Shown: positions 57,450 to 64,000 of the stretch, one piece after another
How positions within the stretch are numbered: position 1 is the first letter of the stretch
Layout: each line of letters opens with the position of its first letter
Assembly: GCF_009914755.1 (NCBI RefSeq)
Contig: NC_060940.1
Length of the DNA stretch: 64,000 bases
Direction: 5' to 3' (one strand)
Origin: the human T2T-CHM13v2.0 reference genome, Homo sapiens
The notes under the pieces: model-generated
What the model saw: the letters and a program-made list of their open reading frames with translations, nothing else
Database searches by the model: none
Told to the model about the DNA's origin: nothing
Position numbers and translations under genes: made by a program

Positions 57450-59250
57450 TATTTTTTAATCTTTTTTTCATAAAGTTGCATATCATATACTCTTCCTCAA
57501 AGTTGCACTTTAATGCTTTTTGAAGTATTACATATAAAAAGTACTAAAGTTGCATTTTGTTGTTAATAAATTTGAAACTGTTAACTTCCTCAATTGAATG
57601 TTACTGAAGATTATAATAACATTTCTAATTGAGAAAATACTTTCTCCAAAGTTACTGAGATGTCTTATAAATTCAGAGCAAACTCTGCTAGAGTATATTC
57701 CAATTTTCTATTTTTTCAGATTAAAATATATAAATACTTTAGCCCAAATATTTTCTCATATACTGTCTTTTTACCTCCCAAGCACTTTGGCAGGTATTTT
57801 TAAAGGGAAAAACTCTTTAGATAAGTTGTCTCAACTTATGATTCCAAATCATAGGTCTTTCCATTTCATTCCATTGAATAAAAATATAAATGTATCCAAA
57901 TAAAAACAGAAATATCAAAAGATTCTTCCCAGAGGTTAAGGTATTCCAAAAAGAAATCGTAATTTTGAACAGGAAATCTTGCATAATTTTTGAACTCTCA
58001 ACTTTTAATTTGTTCGGTTCTTTTCTTTCTGTTATAGGGATAACGTTCATTGTTTTCCTGTTTGCAAGCTTCATTTTCAACAGTTGCAACTAGCTAAATA
58101 TTTTAACATAAAGTTTTTTTGAGCACTCTATTCTTTTGAGATTTTGATTAAATATATCCAACTGGTGTTGAATAAAAGCTAAATATTTTAACGTAAAGTT
58201 TTTTTGAGCACTCTATTCTTTCGAGATTTTGATTAAATATATCCAACTGGTGTTGAATAAAATATAACCACAATTTACAGATTTATTTATAAAAGAAGTT
58301 CAAAACCACTGCAGAACGTGTAGGTTGATTTACAAAGAAACTCTTCAAAGGTGCAAACTCTTGAAAAACTCCATTGATGGCAAGCAGCAAAAAGATAAAA
58401 AGTCCACACTGCCACACTAAAGTATTTTTTAATATTCAACATCAACTTCATCACAAGAATATTGTGGCTTGATTGCTCTAATGGAGTATACACAAATATT
58501 TGTAAATTTAAACCACTACAATTTTTAATTGATTTAACATTGCAGCAAGTGGGAGGAAGCTGTGAATTATATGAACACCAAAACAAATTCCAAACCTATT
58601 TCTGTCTCATAAGTTTCTTAATTTTATATTGACATTGCTTTTTACCATGAATTTGTGCTTCACCAAAGTTTGGGTGGGTGTTATCACCACAAAATTTAGT
58701 AACTTCATTTTCAATGTTAAACTAACAAGTTCATTAAAAAATGGAGTATTACTAGTATTAACAATAAGTCAGATGTTTCACCTTCTTTAGAATGAACTTT
58801 CAGAAATTTTAATAATTTGATTTCCTGAAGTGGAAGTGAAAATTTGAACCAATTATTAAAACTTATGCATTTTCTTTGTGAAGTCTCCAATAGCACTGAT
58901 AAAACAGATAGCCTTTAAACTGTTTGCAATTTTTCTTCTGTCTCAAATGCCAATACATTAAGTGTAGGCACTACATGTTTTGCACCTGCATAACAAAAAC
59001 TTGGAAGAAAAAAATTTTAGAAATTTAGCAAAGAAACAGTCATTTGATAACAATGAAAAATCATGCTTTGTAGAAGAATCTGTAAGCCCACCTGCTACAG
59101 ATTCACATGTGAATTCATCTATAGGAAAGTCTTCTTAAAATAACTACCGATTTTTAAAATTAAATGCTGATATTCTGTTAGCAAATCTTGTTTTCTGTGT
59201 GGTCATCTGCCACAATAAATGGTAAATATTGATAAACATTTTTGTGCAAG
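57450..59250 (-). pseudogene. Degenerate hAT transposase coding remnant
   Basis: Motifs as above, interrupted by many stops and frameshifts. Confidence 0.75.
58092..58261. repeat. 85-bp tandem duplication (2 copies)
   Basis: 58092-58176 and 58177-58261 differ at only 2 positions. Confidence 0.97.
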
Positions 59251-59931
59251 TTACATGTACATTGGCTTTCGTGAGTAAGGAAATTCAGTACCTAATTTTT
59301 CATTAAACATGTACATGTGGTTTTTGGAGCTGATGGCTGCCAAAAGGGATTACTTCAAAATAAAAATGTTACCAAATAATAAAATCAATAGTTGCAAATG
59401 TCAATTATATAATAAATGCAAAACTGGTATTGTAAGAGCATTCAGACTATTCTATGTTCTATGGTGGGGCTGCTCAGCCTCTGTGTCCTGCATGGACCAA
59501 TATTTTCCTGCACACCTACCCTCTGGTTTCCACAGTTCCCGCGGACCCTGCCAACAGGCATCATGGTGGCAGGCTGCACACCACGGGCCCCAGCACTCTG
59601 CACTGGTAGCCGGTAGGGCAGCAGCAGTCACTTCTCACCTGGAGAACCTGGCTGATCTCACGTGCTTATATCTGGGTACACTTCACATCCCTTGAGAATG
59701 GGGTGTCAGTTACCTTGTGTCTGGAACAGAGTAACAAAAGGGCTTGGGTATCACTGGTCGTCTTTCAAACCTGACCACAAGTTCAAAGGAGAACTCTGAA
59801 CTAGCATCTCACACACAGCTATATAAGATCTTGGCAGGAGCTGGTGGAACAAAAAGCAGCTCTCTCTACCTACCCCTCCTGGCTTATTTTGTTGTTGTTT
59901 TTGTTGTTTTCTTTTTTAAAAATTGAGTCAG

Positions 59932-60242
<311 letters not shown>

Positions 60243-60244
60243 CT

Positions 60245-60248
60245 AAAA
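60245..60248 (-). terminator. Pol III T-run terminator (TTTT) of the tRNA-Lys gene
   Basis: Minus strand trailer TGTCATATGGC followed by TTTT, 11 nt after the discriminator base. Confidence 0.6.
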
Positions 60249-60259
60249 GCCATATGACA

Positions 60260-60332
60260 TGCCTGAACAGGGACTTGAACCCTGGACCCTCAGATTAAAA
60301 GTCTGATGCTCTACCAACTGAGCTATCCAGGC
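60260..60332 (-). tRNA. TRK-TTT1-1: tRNA-Lys, anticodon UUU (tRNA-Lys3-like variant)
   Basis: Reverse complement reads GCCTGGATAGCTCAGTTGGTAGAGCATCAGACTTTTAATCTGAGGGTCCAGGGTTCAAGTCCCTGTTCAGGCA (73 nt). Full cloverleaf, anticodon TTT at 60297-60299, A box (60314-60325) and B box (60271-60281) intact, no encoded CCA. The locus name is from memory. Confidence 0.95.
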
Positions 60333-60713
60333 TTCTTCCCTGCTAGTTTATTTTAATGCAGTAATAAATAACAGCACTTTGTTAAAAATAATAAAGGTAT
60401 AATCTGTGACACATCCAAAGTGGACAAGATGAAGAGATAATAGGTATACACCAGGATTCCCCTGGGCAAACTGGGACCTCTTGGTACCCTATATATTAAG
60501 AGTCTCGGGTTTTGTTTTCACTTAAGCAAATGTCCAAACTTTCTTATCCTTTTCTCTTCAAAGTGTTTTCCTATGTGCCCATCCCTTAGGACTTCTAGCT
60601 CTTGTATAAACAGATAATTGAGGTGCAAATATCTGATAGGGTGTCGTACAGGATGATTGCAAATCCCATCTGATTAAGGTCACAGACCACTCCCCAGATA
60701 AAACCCAGACTCA

Positions 60714-61189
<476 letters not shown>

Positions 61190-62499
61190 TCATTACCAAC
61201 CTCCAGACCCAGCAGCTGATTGCAATTCTTGACCTAAACAATTACACATTGCTGAAGTTCTTGCTTCCCATTCCAGGCTCTTCTGCCTCCACTCTGTCCT
61301 TGCACCCCAAACCCCTGCCATACAAGTCACGAAACTCATTCCACTCATCCTTCATCCATGCTATTACCTTGGCTGGAGATACCTTTCTCAGCCTTGACAT
61401 CCAGCTACTTCTGCCCTTCTGCCAGAAACAAACGTAGTCATCACCTCCTCCTGGAAGCCTCTCTGGGCTGCACTCCTGAGACATCCCAGGCATGCTCCTG
61501 CACTCTGTTATATGATCACCTGTTAACACGCCTGCCTCCTTCAACCTGTGATCAGCTTGAGGGAGGGCACTGTGTGTTCTTTCTTCCTCAGTCTGTCATC
61601 CTGTGCCACCATGCCTCCTATATGGTGACATAGCAGGCATATGTAATGGGAAATGATTGAATGAATGTTGAAACTCACCAAATAGGGGAGGGTCCTGGAA
61701 AGCCTCTGGGAGGAGGATACCTGATTGGCCTGTAAAGGTAGGGGTCACAATGTGGCAGTTACACATTCTCCATCAATAGGATCAGGTCCATTATCCTATT
61801 AAACCTCCTTGGGGACCTTGAGGGTGAGAGGACATGCCTATTAGTAACCCCCGTTTATGGCTGGGCAAATGGAGGCATGGGGAGGTTAAAAGCTCCGGGT
61901 CAACCCAGGAGTTGGTGATGAACCTGCTGTGATTGGCAGTCGTGGGGACCTGATGCCGGTTTTGTTCTCTGAACCTCACTACTTTCAAGGACTCCTCAGT
62001 TCATTCTCTCAATCTCTTTCTTTTTGTTTTCTTTTTTCCTCCAGTAATATCCAAAAAGTCCCTTCTCCAGATTAAATCGTCCTGGCTTCAGATATCTAAA
62101 GCAGCTATTTTTTTTTTTTCCTTCAGCATTTGAAATGTTTTTAAGGGTTTATTTCAAACACCCTTTTCTTTGAACTGATTGTTCAGAACTTTCATTCCAC
62201 TTTGTCAGTGTGTTTGGTAGTAGGCTCCGATTCCTAAAAGGTTTTTATTTCTTCTCTATTAGCGGCCACCACCTGCTTACTGTTTGGATGGGTTTTGCTT
62301 TATTTTCTTTGCTTTCATCTATTGAAATGGATGAGAGGAACCTTAGGTAATGAACCTTGTTTCCAGTTTTCCCCCTCACCTCCCCTATTTTTAACTCCTC
62401 CTGCCACTGCTAAGGATGAGGCAAAGGACGAAAAGTTCCTGGGTGGTAAGTCTCTGGGAGTCACTCTGCTTTTCTCCCCAGGTGTGGGGATGGAGTGGC

Positions 62500-62518
62500 A
62501 GGCAGCAGAGGGCAGAAT
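62500..62518 (+). promoter_or_regulatory. Candidate CTCF motif
   Basis: GGCAGCAGAGGGCAGA is close to CCAGCAGAGGGCAG; motif match only. Confidence 0.3.
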
Positions 62519-62991
62519 GTGCCTGGAATGTTTGCAGTGCTGTTGGCTTTGCAATTGCCTGGCCATCCTGTTTCCCCACAGCAGGATGCATGGTGGCCTT
62601 CTAAACGGCCACTCTGGCTGGAGTGAAGAGGTGTCTTTCTCCAATCTTACAGGGACCCCTAAGCTTCATGGGGAGATGTGAGTGTCAGTAGCTGTTGCTG
62701 AGGCCCACATTGCCAGACACTAGCTTGTTCCATTTTTGGTTTATCTACACACATTGGCCCTTATGGGAGCAGCCTCACATATAAATATATAAATATTTTA
62801 CCAGTTCATCCTGCCCTCAGGGTATCAAGTTTAATGAACTAAATAGCCTCCATTAATCACCCAACAGAATGTTATTTACTTCAAGGGAAAGGGTAAGTGG
62901 CCTCTGCAAAGACACGTCAAGGACTCGGTCTCGGCAACTCTTCTCTGTGCTAGGTCTTCCCAAATCTTTAAGAACAAAGTCCTAAATCCCG

Positions 62992-63366
<375 letters not shown>

Positions 63367-63394
63367 TTAGTATTACTTTTTAATTAATTAAATA

Positions 63395-63740
63395 ATTAAA
63401 GAGGGTCTCACTCTATTGCTCAGGTGGAGTGCAGTGCTATGATCACGGCTTACTGCAGCCTCAAACTCTTGGTCTCAGGTGATCCCCCCTACCCCAACCT
63501 CCAGAGTAGCTGGGACCACAGGTGCATGCCAGCCATGCCTGGTTAATGTGCGTGGTGTTGTTTTTTTGTTGTTGTTTGTTTGTTTGTTTGTTTTTGTTTG
63601 TTTGTTTGTTTGTTTTTGTAGAGATAGGGTCTCACTATGTTGCCCGAGCTGGTCTCAAACTCTTGGCCTCAAGTGATCCTCCCACCTCTGCCTCTCAAAG
63701 TCCTGGGATTACAGGCATGAGTCAATGTGCCCAGCTTGCC
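63395..63740 (-). mobile_element. Alu (AluJ-like) with a (TTTG)n expanded linker
   Basis: Both arms are visible around the microsatellite. Confidence 0.9.
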
Positions 63741-64000
63741 TACCACATTTTAGATGTCAGTTTCTTCACCCTTTTGTTTAAAATACGGCATACTCTCCCA
63801 TATCTGCCCAGCCCAGAAATGCACGGTCATGGGTTATGTCAGCCCAGGGAGGGTGAGAAAGGTCTTGAGCCCTGTTGTCATGATGACCCCATAGCCAATA
63901 AATCAAGTCCAGTGTAAGTAACATTTGAGCAACTGGAGAAAATGGAACTGAAGTGGGTACATATCAGAGGCCCTTTGACATCTCTGAATATCCTTTGTAA

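Noticed and set aside
57598-58093. Hydrophobic plus-strand ORFs resembling membrane or organellar proteins
   Set aside because: They are the AT-rich antisense strand of the hAT transposase fossil, not a NUMT or a gene.

Overview
Human or closely related primate genomic DNA with no supportable protein-coding exon. Much of the window is interspersed repeat: about 30 Alu/FLAM copies, THE1/MST/MLT1 solo LTRs, old L1 fragments, MIR, and DNA transposon fossils (MER20, MER5A, MER53, MADE1, and a near full-length hAT/Blackjack-type element). These are separated by repeat-poor, motif-rich stretches that look like regulatory DNA. The clearest gene is a complete tRNA-Lys(UUU) on the minus strand (60260-60332). 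From memory (unverified) this sequence is tRNA-Lys-TTT-1-1 at 16q22.3, which would place the window in the large 5' region of the long ZFHX3 isoform. Two features fit that placement: a strong 256-nt non-coding minus-strand exon (37945-38200) and a probable plus-strand lncRNA terminal exon (about 2605-3340, probably LINC01568). I cannot support a genuinely new multi-gene system. The most unusual observations are: a tRNA gene inside a hAT fossil whose only changes are loss of all four CpGs; an 85-bp-arm fold-back around a (TG)n tract; an Alu broken by an apparent templated insertion with direct and inverted duplications; three uORFs in the leader exon; and a TATA/Inr core-promoter candidate. Repeat subfamily names come from recognising consensus sequences by eye, and their boundaries are approximate.
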